Source: Acidobacteriota bacterium (GTDB taxonomy: Bacteria; Acidobacteriota; Thermoanaerobaculia; Multivoradales; J023). Taken from it: 64,000 bases of DNA. The position numbers and the translations under genes were made by a program. Below the pieces are notes generated by a model. That model was not told the DNA's origin. It made no database searches and was given only the letters and a program-made list of their open reading frames with translations. Shown here piece by piece: positions 17,902-30,100 of this stretch. The stretch spans positions 1,540-65,539 of the forward strand of contig JAJCXQ010000420.1 in assembly GCA_029263355.1 (NCBI GenBank), written 5' to 3'. Positions within the stretch are counted from its first letter, which is position 1. Each line of letters opens with the position of its first letter.

Positions 17902-18133
17902 TTTCTTGCCCAAGTCGCTAAACCAGCTGCTCTTAGGCAATCTATCTCTAACCGTTCTTCTCCTACGGCAGTCAAGAAGTGACGGGCCTCTCGGTTGAAC
18001 GGAGAAGGGGCGATAGAACTGACTAGTTACCATTGTTTCTGCGACCATTAGTCACCGACCGGCTCAGGAAGACGGAGGGTGCCGAGCTGAACGTCTACGT
18101 TTGCTGTAACGCACTAGTTCCTCCCTTTACGGG

Positions 18134-21100
18134 ATGCCAGGCGACCGATGCCGAGCACTTCGAGCGGCTGGCGAAGCCAGCGTTCTCCAAAACATCGTTG
18201 AGGCGCGAACTGTGACAGGTGTCTACCCCTCCGAAGCTTCGCTTTGGCAGTTGTTCGCTGACCAGGCAGAGACGCGACCCGACGCAGTGGCGGTCGAGTA
18301 TGGCGCCGAGCTACTCGACTACGGCGAGCTCGCCCATCGAGCGCGCCGAATAGCCGCCGCACTGCAAACAGCCGGCGTCGAGCGCGGCGACCGTATCGGC
18401 CTCTACCTCGAGCGTTCGCCGGCACTGATCGAGTCGATGCTCGGCATCCTCGCTGCCGGTGGCGCCTATGTCCCGCTCGACCTCGACTATCCCGCCGAGC
18501 GCATCGCCTTCATGATTGAAGACGCCGACGTTTCGGTGGTGGTCACGGCCGCAAGCGAGCTCCCCGGCGGCATCGAAGCCACCGTTCTTGCCCTGTCTCA
18601 GGTTCCGGCAATCGCGGCGGCACCTTCTGAGCTGCCGAGCATCGGTGGCGCAGATCTTGGGTGCGTTATCTACACTTCCGGTTCTACTGGGCGCCCCAAG
18701 GGCGTCAGCGTACCGCAACGAGCCGTCAGCAGGCTGGTGCTAGGCACCGATTACCTCCAGATCGTACCCGGCGACCGCGTCGGTCAAGTCTCGAACGCCT
18801 CCTTTGATGCGGCGACCTTCGAAATCTGGAGCGCCCTGCTCAATGGTGGCCGACTCGTCGGCCTCGAGCGCCAGCTGAGCCTCGACGCGGACCAACTCGC
18901 CACCGAGCTTCGCAGCCGGCGCGTCGACAGCCTGCTCCACACCACCGCCCCGTTCAACCACATCGTTCACCAGAACCCGACGACCTACAGCAGTTTGCGC
19001 GATCTGATGATCGGCGCCGAAGCCGCCGTGCCTCGAGTAGTACGCCGCGTCCTCGACACCGCTTCACCCCAGCGTCTGCTGAATCTCTATGGTCCCACTG
19101 AAGCCACCACTCTCGCCACTTGGCACCCGGTGACCGAGGTCCCCGACGACGCCACAACAATACCCATCGGCCGCCCGATTGCTAATACCGCCGCCTACAT
19201 TGTCGACGAGCACCTCAAACCGGTACCGGGCGGCGTCGCAGGCGAGCTGCTGCTGGGCGGCGACGGTCTTGCCCACGGCTACTTCGCTAAGCCGGCGCTG
19301 AGTGCCGAGCGTTTCGTACCCAATCCCTTCGGCGACGGCGAGCGCCTCTATCGCACCGGCGATCGCGTGCGCAGCCGCGATGACGACAACATCGAGTTCC
19401 TCGGCCGCGTCGACAACCAGGTCAAGCTCCGCGGCTTCCGCATCGAACTCGGAGAGATCGAGGCCACCCTCGCTCAGCATCCCGAGGTCGATTCCGCGAC
19501 CGTACTCTTGCGCGAAGACGAGCCCGGAGACAAGCACCTCGTGGCGTACATCATCGGTCGTCCGGGATCGTCTCCTGAGGACGTTCTGCTGCGAACTTTC
19601 CTCGAGGACCGCCTGCCCAACTTCATGCTGCCGAGCGCCTATGTCTTCCTCGACGCGCTGCCTCTAACCCCCAACGGCAAGGTTGACCGGAACGCTCTAC
19701 CTGTTCCACCTAAGGTGCGCTCGACGACGAGCGAAGAGGCCGCGCTGGCAACTCCTCTCGAGCGGCAACTCGCAGAAATCGTCAGCGAGCTCTTGGGCCT
19801 CGAAGAGGTCGGGATTCACGAGAATCTGTTTACGCTGGGGGCACATTCCCTGCTCGCGGCTCGCCTGATCACCCGGCTGCGGCGCGAGCTGAACCAAGAG
19901 CTGTCAGTGACCGAGCTCTTTGCTCACCCCACCGTCGCCGAACTCGCCGAATCAATCGAAGGGAAAGCTGGCCAGCCACGAGCCGAGTCTCTGAACCTCG
20001 TTCAGGTGGATCGCTCGGCAGGCCTGCCGCTGTCATTCCCCCAAGAGCGAATATGGTTCCTAGAGCAGCTCGCACCGGGGAACATCGCCTACAACTTTCA
20101 GGCGCAGATCGAGCTCGACGGGCCACTCGACCCCCATCTTTGTCAGCGCAGCCTGAGCGAGATCGTGCGACGGCACGAAATCTTTCGCACCCGATTCGCG
20201 GCGGTCAACGGACAGCCGGTCCAAGTGGTCACTCCTCCCTTCTCAGTCGAACTGCCCGTGATCGACCTCGGCGCCATACCCAGAGAGGAAGCCGAGCGTC
20301 GCATCGAACGGGCTGTTGCGATCGATGTGCGCCGCCCCTTCGACATCCTGCAGCTACCCCTCATCCGCTGGCGTCTCTTCCGGCTCGCCGACGAGCGCTG
20401 GGTGCTTTTCCAAATGGAGCACCACTTCGTACACGACGGCTGGAGCTTCTCGGTGTACCTTCGAGAGTTCAAGGAGATTTATCAGGCCTTCGCCGCAGGC
20501 CGACCTTCGCCACTCCCCGAGTTGCGCATCCAGTTCGGCGACTATGTGGCCTGGCACCGCCGACGGATGCAAGGCGAGGTGCTAGAGGAATGTCAAAATT
20601 ACTGGCTGCGGCGCCTCCAGGGTAGCCCTCAAACCCTCGAGCTCCCGACGGACCACCCTCGTCCGCCGGTGCTCCGGTACCGGGGTGGAATGGTACAGGT
20701 CGAGCTGCCTCTGGACCTCGCTCGTCGGGCGCGCGAGCGCAGTCGCGCTTTGGGCGTCACGTTGTTCAACACGATGAAGGCAGCGTTCGACGTCCTCCTA
20801 TATCGGTACACCGGGCAGACCGATCTGCTGGTCGGAACCGGCGCCGCCAACCGCCGCTGGCCCGAGACCGAAGGGCTACTCGGGATGCTGGTCAACAGTC
20901 TGATCCTGCGCTCAGATCTGGCTGGAAATCCGAGTTTCGAGCAGCTGGCCAAAGTTTCCCGAGAGGCTTTTCGTCGCGACTGGGTCTACGAGGATGTACG
21001 TCTCGATCTGCTGGTTGAGAAGCTAGCTCCGGAGCGGGACCTTTCCCGCAACCCGCTTTTTCAGGTGACGTTCAGTTTTCACGACTCGCCCGAGCCAGAC

Positions 21101-24100
21101 CTCGAGTTCGCAGGCCTACGGGGCGTGCCACGGATGCTGCACAATGGCTCCGCCAAAGCCGATTTCAACGTCGTCGTCATTCCTCGCGCCGAGCAGCGCG
21201 TGGGACGCGAGCCCCGGCCGGAACAAGAGTGGATCCGGCTCCATTGGGAGTACAGCACCGACCTGTTCGAGCGCTCTACGGTCGAGCGCATCGCGAGCCA
21301 TTACCTCAACCTCCTCGCAGATGCAGTTCAGCACCCCGAGAAAGAAATCAGCAATCTGACGCTGCTCTCCGCAGAGGAGCGCAGAGAGGTTGTGGTCGAC
21401 TGGAACCAAACCGCGCAACCCTACCCCGCCGAGGCGTCACTGTGGCGGCTGTTTGCGGACCAGGCCGCGGCACGGACCGACGCTGTGGCGGTCGAGTATG
21501 ACGCTGAGCAACTCAGCTACGGCAAACTAGCCCACCGAGCTCGCCGACTGGCCGCGACGCTGAAAGCGGCCGGCGTCGAGCGCGGTGACTGCGTTGGCCT
21601 CTATCTCGAGCGATCAGCTCCGCTGATCGAAGCGATCCTCGGTATCCTGGCTGCTGACGCGGCCTACGTGCCGCTCGACCCCGACTATCCCGAAGAGCGC
21701 TTGGGCTTCATGATTGGTGACACTGGCCTGTCGGTGGTCGTGACCGACGCTGACGAGCTGCCTGCGACCTTTGGCGCCACGGCGCTCAACCTCTCGCAGC
21801 TGTCAGCAGCGGAGCTCACGCACCCACCCGTCAGCGACGGCTCTGATCTCGCATACGTCATCTATACCTCGGGGTCGACCGGCCGCCCCAAAGGCGTTGC
21901 GGTACCCCAACACGCCGTCGCCCGATTGGTGCTCGGCAGCGACTACCTTCAGCTAGCAACCAGCGACCGGGTCGCTCAGGCCTCGACCTTCTCCTTCGAC
22001 GCCGCTACATTCGAAATCTGGAGCGCCCTGCTCAACGGCGGCCGCTTGGTTGGCCTCGAGCGCCAGAAGACCCTTGACGCCGAGAGCCTCGACAGCGAGC
22101 TCCGAGGCCGACGGATCGACAGTCTCTTTACTACCACAGCGCTGTTCAATCAGATCGTCCAACAGGACCCAACCGCTTACGCCAGCCTACGCGATCTGTT
22201 GTTCGGTGGCGAGGCCGTCGACACCCGAGCCGTGCGGCGCGTCGCCCTAGCCGCGCCGCCCAAGCGGCTACTCCACGTCTACGGGCCGACTGAAGTCACG
22301 ACGTTTGCCACTTGGACTTCCGTCACTGAGATCTCCGACGGCGCCATCACCGTGCCAATCGGTCGACCGATCGCCAATACCACCGCCTACGTCGTCGACG
22401 AACGCCTCCGACCGCTACCCGTAGGTGTCCCTGGCGAGCTGCTGCTTGGTGCTGATGGGCTCGCCCGCGGCTATTTCGCCCGCCCTGCCCTCAGCGCCGA
22501 GCGTTTCGTACCTAACCCTTTCGGCGACGGAGAACGCCTCTACCGCACTGGCGACCGCGTACGCACCCGCCACAACGGGGCGATCGAGTTTCTCGGCCGC
22601 GTCGACCACCAAGTCAAGCTCCGCGGCTTCCGTATCGAGCTCGGCGAAATCGAAGCCAATCTGTCGCAACATCCCGAGCTCTCTGCCGCCGCCGTCCTCT
22701 TGCGCGAAGACCGGCCTGGCGACAAGCGCCTGGTGGCCTATGTGGCCACTAGCACCGACGCCGACGACTTGCCGTTGCAACTACGGACGTTCCTGAATGA
22801 GCGCTTGCCCTCCTTCATGATGCCGCATGTTTTTGTAGCTCTCGATACGCTGCCTCTAACCCCTGGCGGCAAGGTCGACCGCAGCAGCTTGCCACTGCCG
22901 GAAGCCTTTGCAGGCGAGGAGGACGGCGGCGAGCATTACGTGGCGCCCAGGACACCGACCGAGGAGGTCTTGGCGGCAATCTGGGAGGGTCTCCTGGGAA
23001 GCAGCCGGGTCGGCCTGCACGACGACTTCTTCGATCTGGGCGGCCACTCTCTGCTTGCGATGCAGGTTATCTCCCGAGCGCGGCAGGCCTTTGATGTCGA
23101 GCTGCCACTGGAGGTTCTGTTCGAATCCCCAACCGTCGCTCGGCTGGCGGCCCGGGTCAAGGCGACGCTGAATACCAAAGCGGACACACTACCGGCGTTG
23201 CAGCCGCAGCCAGCGAACACCGAGCCCGTCCTCTCCTTCGCACAGGTTCGACTCTGGTTCCTCGATCGGCTGGAGGGCCCGACCTCGCGCTACAACGTGC
23301 CGGTCGGCATCCGCCTGCGAGGCGCCCTCCGGACAGCGGCCCTAACAGACAGCTTGAACACTGTTGTCGATCGTCACGAGCCCTTGCGCGCATACTTTCC
23401 GGAAGTAGGAGGGCACCCACGCCTGACGATTGTCGAGCAGCTTCGATTGAGACTGTCCTCGATTGATCTCCGAGGCTTGTCGCCGGCGGTGGCTGAGATC
23501 GAGCGCGAGCAACTGCTACTTGACGCCTTCACGAGGTCCTTCGACCTCGAGCGTGGCCCTCTGGTGCGCGCTTACCTGCTGCGGCTTGCCGATGACGACC
23601 ATGTGCTCTTCCTGAACATGCATCACATCGTCACCGATGGTTGGTCGATAGGCGTGCTCGTGCGAGAAGTGGCCGCCCTCTACGCGGCGAAAATTGACGG
23701 CCGCCCTTCACCGTTGGCGCCGCTACCGATTCGCTACGCTGACTTTGCCGCCTGGCAACGGCACTGGTTCGAAGGCGACTTTCTCGATCAGCACCTCGGA
23801 TTCTGGCGCCAGCAACTAGCCGGCTCGCCACCGCTCTTGGAGGTGCCCACGGACCGACCGCGCCGCGAGGACAGCACCGCTCCGGGGGCTTGGGAGACGG
23901 TTGTCTACCCAGTTGCGAGAACCGCCGAACTCAACCATCTCGCCATAGCCGAGGACAGCACTCAGTTCATGACACTCCTGGCTGGCTTCCAGGCACTCCT
24001 CAGTCGCTATTCACGTCAGCAGGACCTGACGGTCGGCACGCCAGTCTCGGGTCGCAATCGACTAGAAGTCGAAAACCTGATCGGCTTCTTTGTCAATCTC

Positions 24101-27100
24101 CTCGTGCTACGTACCGATTTGACGGGGGATCCAAACTTTCGCCAGCTGCTGCGGCGGGTGCGACGCACCACGGTCACCGCCTTCGCCCACCAGGACGTGC
24201 CCTTCGAGCAGGTGGTCGAAGCTCTAAAACCGCCGCGCTCGCTGGCCCGGACCCCTCTATTCCAGGCGATGTTCGTACTCCAAGAGCCGGCCCTCTCCGA
24301 GCTCCGGATGCAGGGTCTCGAAGTCGAGCCTGTGGTGGTGATTCCAGTCGAGGCCAAATACGACCTCAACCTAGCGGTGACACCTCGCCGTGAGGGACTT
24401 GTTGCCGCCATGGAGTACAACACCGATCTCTTCGATCGGGTCACCATTCATCGTTTCCTCGGCCATCTCGGCGCCCTCTTCGAGGCGGTCGTCGAGAATC
24501 CCGAAACCCGCCTATCGAGGATTCCCCTGCTGACCCCGGCTGAGCGCTCCGAGCTCGCGGCTAACATGAACGTAGCTCAGCCATTGGCTGACGGAGCGAG
24601 GCCTGATGCCGTTGCCGCTTTCGAGGCACAAGTCCAGCGTAGCCCGACGGCTCCGGCCTTGATGGCGAGGGACCGTAGCCTGGCTTTCGAGGACGTCGAC
24701 TGTTCGGCCAATCGGCTGGCCCGCTTCCTCCTCGACAATGGGATCGGTCCCGAGCAAACGGTGGGCCTCGCCGGCGAACGGACACCCGAGCTGGCGATCG
24801 CCCTGCTCGCTATCTTCAAAGCCGGCGCCGTCGCGTTACCTCTCGACTCCCGGCTGCCCGGCGAGCGCTTCGACTTCATCGTTGCCGATTCCGGTGTCGC
24901 GGCAATCCTCGGTTCGGCACCGCAGATGTCCGAGCGCGACGACAACACCGACTCGATCGTATTGCTTCCGTTCCCGTCAAAGGAGGATCTCGCCCGCTAC
25001 AGCAGCGAGAGCCTCGAGCTCGTCCGCCAGCCCGAACAGCTCGCCTACATCATCTACACCTCCGGTTCGACCGGGGCGCCAAAGGGCGTCGGTGTCTCCC
25101 ACGGCGCCCTCGGAAGGCAACTCGCCTTCGGCCCCCGCTACTACCGCTTCTCACCACAAGACCGTCTGCTGCACACCGCTTCCTTCAGCTTTGACGTCGC
25201 CTTCGAGGATCTACTAGCACCGCTGACCGTCGGCGCCGCAGTCATCTTCTCCGACCCCGATCTCCCCGCTCCGGCGCAACTCCTGGCCGACATCCGGCAC
25301 CGCGGGGTCACGGCGGTTGATCTGACACCTGCGTATTGGGCACAGATTCTCGACGAAGTAGAGAAGCACGACACAACGGGGCTCGAGGAGCTGACGACGG
25401 TGATCGTCGGGGGCGAAGCCCTGCCCCCGAGTGCTGTCGAGCGCTGGTGTCGACTTGCACCGCCCACGCAGCGTCTGTTGAATGCCTACGGTCCGACCGA
25501 GGCCGTGATCACCACCACGATCTACGAGGTCGATCGACGAAGGGCCGACATCGGATGGCCGCGGACACCCATTGGTCAGGTATTCGGCGACCGGCTCCTG
25601 GTCGTCACCGATCCTGGCGGCGAGCCGACGCCCGTCGGCGTGCCCGGGGAGCTCGCTATCGGCGGCCAGTTCCTCGCACGCGGCTACCACGCACGGCCTC
25701 GGGAGACCGCCAACAACTTTCGCCCTGACACCTTCTCGCACACCGCTGGCACCAGGCTTTATCGCACCGGCGATCTGGTACGCACCCGCGGCGACGGCGA
25801 TCTCGAGTTCCTCGGGCGGATCGATCACCAGATCAAGCTACGTGGCTTTCGCATCGAGCTCGGCGAGATCGAGGCGGTCCTTTGCCTGCATCGCGAAGTC
25901 AACGAGTGCGCCATCTTGCTGCGCGAAGACACACCCGGCAACCCGCGTCTAGTCGCCTACCTCATTGTCGCCCGAGGGCAACAGCCGGCCGACGATCTGC
26001 GCGCCTTCCTAGCGGCCCAGCTGCCGGACTATATGGTGCCCTCGGTCTTCGTCGGCCTACCCTCCCTGCCACTAACGGCTAACGGCAAGATCGACCGTCA
26101 GGCGCTGCCGTTGCCAGAAGACGTCACAAGCCAGACAACCGAACGTATCCCCAAGCCGAGCACCTCTCCATTTGGAGAGCTGGTAGCAGCGATCTTCAGC
26201 GACGTGCTCTCAGCCGGCGAAGTCCGTCTCGACGCTGATTTCTTCGACCTCGGTGGGCACTCTCTGTTGGCTACCCAGGTCATCTCTCGAGTGAAGCGAG
26301 CTTTGGGTGTCGGCCTGCCCTTACGCGCACTCTTCGAGAACCCGACACCAGAGGCGCTCGGCCAAAAGATCGCCGACGCCCGGTCCGACGGCCGATCCGA
26401 CGGACATGCGCGCCGCGAGCCGCCACTACTGATCTCCGTCGGCCGTCAACGCCCGACAGTCCTTTCTTTTGCCCAACAGCGTCTCTGGTTTCTAGAGCAG
26501 CTTCAAGGCGAGCCGGGGCTCTACAATTTCCCGGTTGTCCTCGAGCTCGACGGCGCCCTCGACGCCGAGGCTCTAGCCGCGAGCCTTCATGCCATCATTC
26601 GCCGCCACGAGGCCCTGCGCACCACCTTTCCAGCGACCGACGGCAAGCCGACACAGCGTATCCTCGAGCGGATACAACTGTCACTCGGTCCGATCGAGGA
26701 CGCCGGGAACGCAACAGAGGAACGCCTGACAGCTGAGGCCAGCCGCCCCTTCGACCTCGCGACCGGGCCACTGATCCGTAGCCGACTGTTCCGGATCGGC
26801 CCCGACCGCCACCTCCTGTTGCTAACGCTGCACCACATCATCTGCGATGGTTGGTCGCTAGCGGTCCTGAACCGTGAGCTGATGACGCTTTACGATGCTT
26901 TCTGCTCGGGTCGACCTAACCCTCTGGAGGAGCTGCCGGCACAGTATGCCGACTTCGCCGCCTGGCAACGTCGCTGGTTGAGCGGTGAGGTGCTCGACGG
27001 TCAGCTCGGCTACTGGAGCCAACGTCTGGCGGCGATGCCTCCCCTACTCGAGATGCCCACCGATCGGCCGCGCCCGGCCGTGCGCACCTTTCGCGGCGCC

Positions 27101-30100
27101 AACCAAGAGCTCTCCCTGCCGTCCGAGCTGGCCAGCCGACTGGTCGCTTTCAGTCGACAGCGGGATGTGACCCTTTTCATGACGTTGCTGGCCACCTTCC
27201 AAACCCTGCTGATGCGCCACAGCGGACAGACGGACATTGTCGTCGGTACCGGTATCGCGAACCGCAACCGCGCCGAGATCGAGGACCTGATCGGCTTCTT
27301 CGTCAACACCCTGCTGATGCGCGGCGATCTGTCCGGTCGCCCTTCGTTCCTCACCCTGCTGGATCGCGTACGCGAAGCCGCGCTCGGAGCCTATGAGCAT
27401 CAAGACCTGCCCTTCGAGCTACTCGTAGAGCACCTGCAGCCGGAGCGTTCGCTCAGTCACTCGCCGCTAGCTCAGGTCTTCTTTCTGCTACAAAACGCTC
27501 CTCTCGGCGACCCACGTATCCCCGGGCTCGAGGTGCGTCCGAGAGAAATCGACACCCACACCTCCAAGTTTGACCTCTCGCTCTCCCTGATTGAGACCGA
27601 GACCGGCCTGGAAGGCTCGTTGGTCTATCGCAGCGATCTCTTTGACCACACCACTGTGAGTCGGCTTCTAAACCAATTCACGGTCTTGCTGCGCTCGGCG
27701 GTTGCCGGTCCGCGGCGCTCGATTGTCGACCTAGCCATGCTCAGCAACGAGGAGCGTCACCAAGCGCTCGTTGAATGGAACGACACCACCGCTCCGACTC
27801 TCGCTACAACACTTCAACACCGATTCGCGGCACAGGCGGCGATGGCGCCCGACCACATCGCCGCCGTGTTCGGCGCTCACACCCTGAGCTACGGTGAGCT
27901 CGAACGCCGTACGGAGCACCTCGCGCGTCACCTGTGCCAGCTCGGCGCCGGGCCTGAAACTCCGGTCGCTTTAGCCGTCGAGCGCTCGCTGGAGTTGGTG
28001 GTTGGCGTACTCGCAGTGCTCAAAACGGGTGGCGCCTGGGTGCCGATGGATCCTGCGCTACCGGAAGAGCGGCTGGCCTACATACTTGAAGACTCCGGTG
28101 CTCGGCTGATCCTGACTCAACTCCAAAGCCAACTGCCTCCGTTCTGGGAAGGCACTGGAGTGTCGACCGTCTATCTCGACGCCGAGCCATCAGATGCCGA
28201 GGACAACAACTCGCCGGCTCCGCTTCCACAGGTCAGTGAGAACAACCTCGCTTACGTGATCTATACCTCAGGCTCGACCGGCCGGCCGAAAGGTGCCGGT
28301 CTCACCCACCGTGGACTCGCCAACCTCTGTTCGGCGCAAGGAGCAGCTTTCGGCGTCGGCTCCAGCGACCGAGTGTTGCAGTTCTCGGCACTGTCTTTCG
28401 ATGCCTCCGTATTCGAGATTGCAATGGCCTTGCCGGCGGGGGCGACACTATGCCTTGCGGAGCGTTTCGAGCTGCTTCCAGGACCCGACCTCATTGGCCT
28501 GCTGAAGGACTTGAGGATCACGGCGGTGACATTGACACCGACCGCCGTCGCCGCTCTACCCGTTGGCGAGCTGCCGGCCCTCCGCACAATGGTCGTCGCC
28601 GGAGAGGCTTTCCCTCCAGACTTGGCACGACGGTGGGGAACCGGTCGTCGCCTCGTCAACGCCTACGGGCCGACCGAGGCAACAGTGTGGGCCACGGCCT
28701 GCACTTATCGGACCGGCAGCGAGACTCTGCCTATCGGTTTGCCAATTCAGGGTGTCGTGGCCAATGTAACTGATGCGTCGCTGAAGGCGACCCCGATCGG
28801 CGTAGCGGGCGAGCTGACACTCACTGGCCATGGCCTGGCCCGCGGGTATCTTGGTCTACCGGCGAAAACAGCCTCAGCCTTCGTCCCAAGCGCCTGGGGC
28901 ACCGAGCCTGGCGCACGTCTGTATCGCACCGGTGATCGTGTCCAACGCCTTTCCGACGGAGCCTTCGAATTTCTCGGGAGGATCGATTACCAGGTCAAGC
29001 TGCGAGGCTTCCGTATTGAGCTCGGAGAGATCGAGAGCGTCTTGGCGGACCATCACGAGATTGAACAGTGTGCCGTGGTCCTGCGCGAAGACGGCTCGGG
29101 CGACAAGCTTCTTGTCGCCTTCCTGACCGCGGCGTTCGACCCACCACCCACCGTCGAAGAACTCCGGGCTTTCCTCCAAGCTCAGCTCCCAGAGTACATG
29201 GTGCCGGGTCGATTCGTTCCCCTTCCCGAGCTGCCACTCAATCCAAGTGGCAAGATCGACCGCAATGCCCTGCCAGACCCCGACCGACTCGTTGACGAGG
29301 GAGCCGACTACACACCGCCGAGCAACCTGACAGAGGAAGTGGTCGCGAGCATCTGGGCCGAAATTCTAGGCTGTGAGCGAGTTGGCGCTGGGGCCAACTT
29401 CTTCGATCTCGGCGGCCACTCGTTGCTGGCGACTCAGGTTGTTGCCCGATTGCGACGCGCCTTCAACGTAGAGATCCCATTGCGCACCCTGTTCCAGCAC
29501 CCTTCGCTGGAGGATTTGGCGGCCCGCATCGACGCCGAGACGGTCGCGGACCGGCCAGCGGCTTCAGCGCCACCGATTCGTGCTGCTCGCCGTGATGGCG
29601 AGATTCCTCTGTCCTTTGCGCAGAGACGCCTGTGGTTCTTGGACCAACTCCTACCCGGCACCAGTCACTACAACATCCCCGCCTTCTTTCGCCTCGAGGG
29701 ACACCTCGACCTTGCGGCCTTGGAAGCCACTGCCAGCGCCTTGCTGCTGCGACACGAAGCACTGCGTACGCGGTTCCCGGAGGTAGGAGGAGTAGCGACA
29801 CAAGTCATCAGCGAGCCGGCACCGGTAGCGCTGCCACTCGTCGACCTCGGCGGGATCGCGGAAACCGAGCGGGGGAACGAAGTCGAGCGCCTCCTTCGCC
29901 GGGAAGCAGAGCGGCCGTTCGACTTGGTTGCCGGACCCGTGACTCGCTGGCACGTCGTGCGGCTCGGGGCAGAGGAACACGTCTTGCTGCTCACTCTTCA
30001 CCACATCGTATTCGACGGTTGGTCGATGGGAGTTCTGGTCAGGGAGCTCGACGCCCTCTATCGCGCCGCCGTCGAAGGCGAGCAGTGCGCGTTGTCGGCG

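Noticed and set aside
17764-18215. ORFs of 72 and 60 aa (17764..17982, 18033..18215) in the region upstream of the NRPS
   Set aside because: They have no RBS, atypical composition and no motifs, so the region is better explained as promoter or leader DNA.
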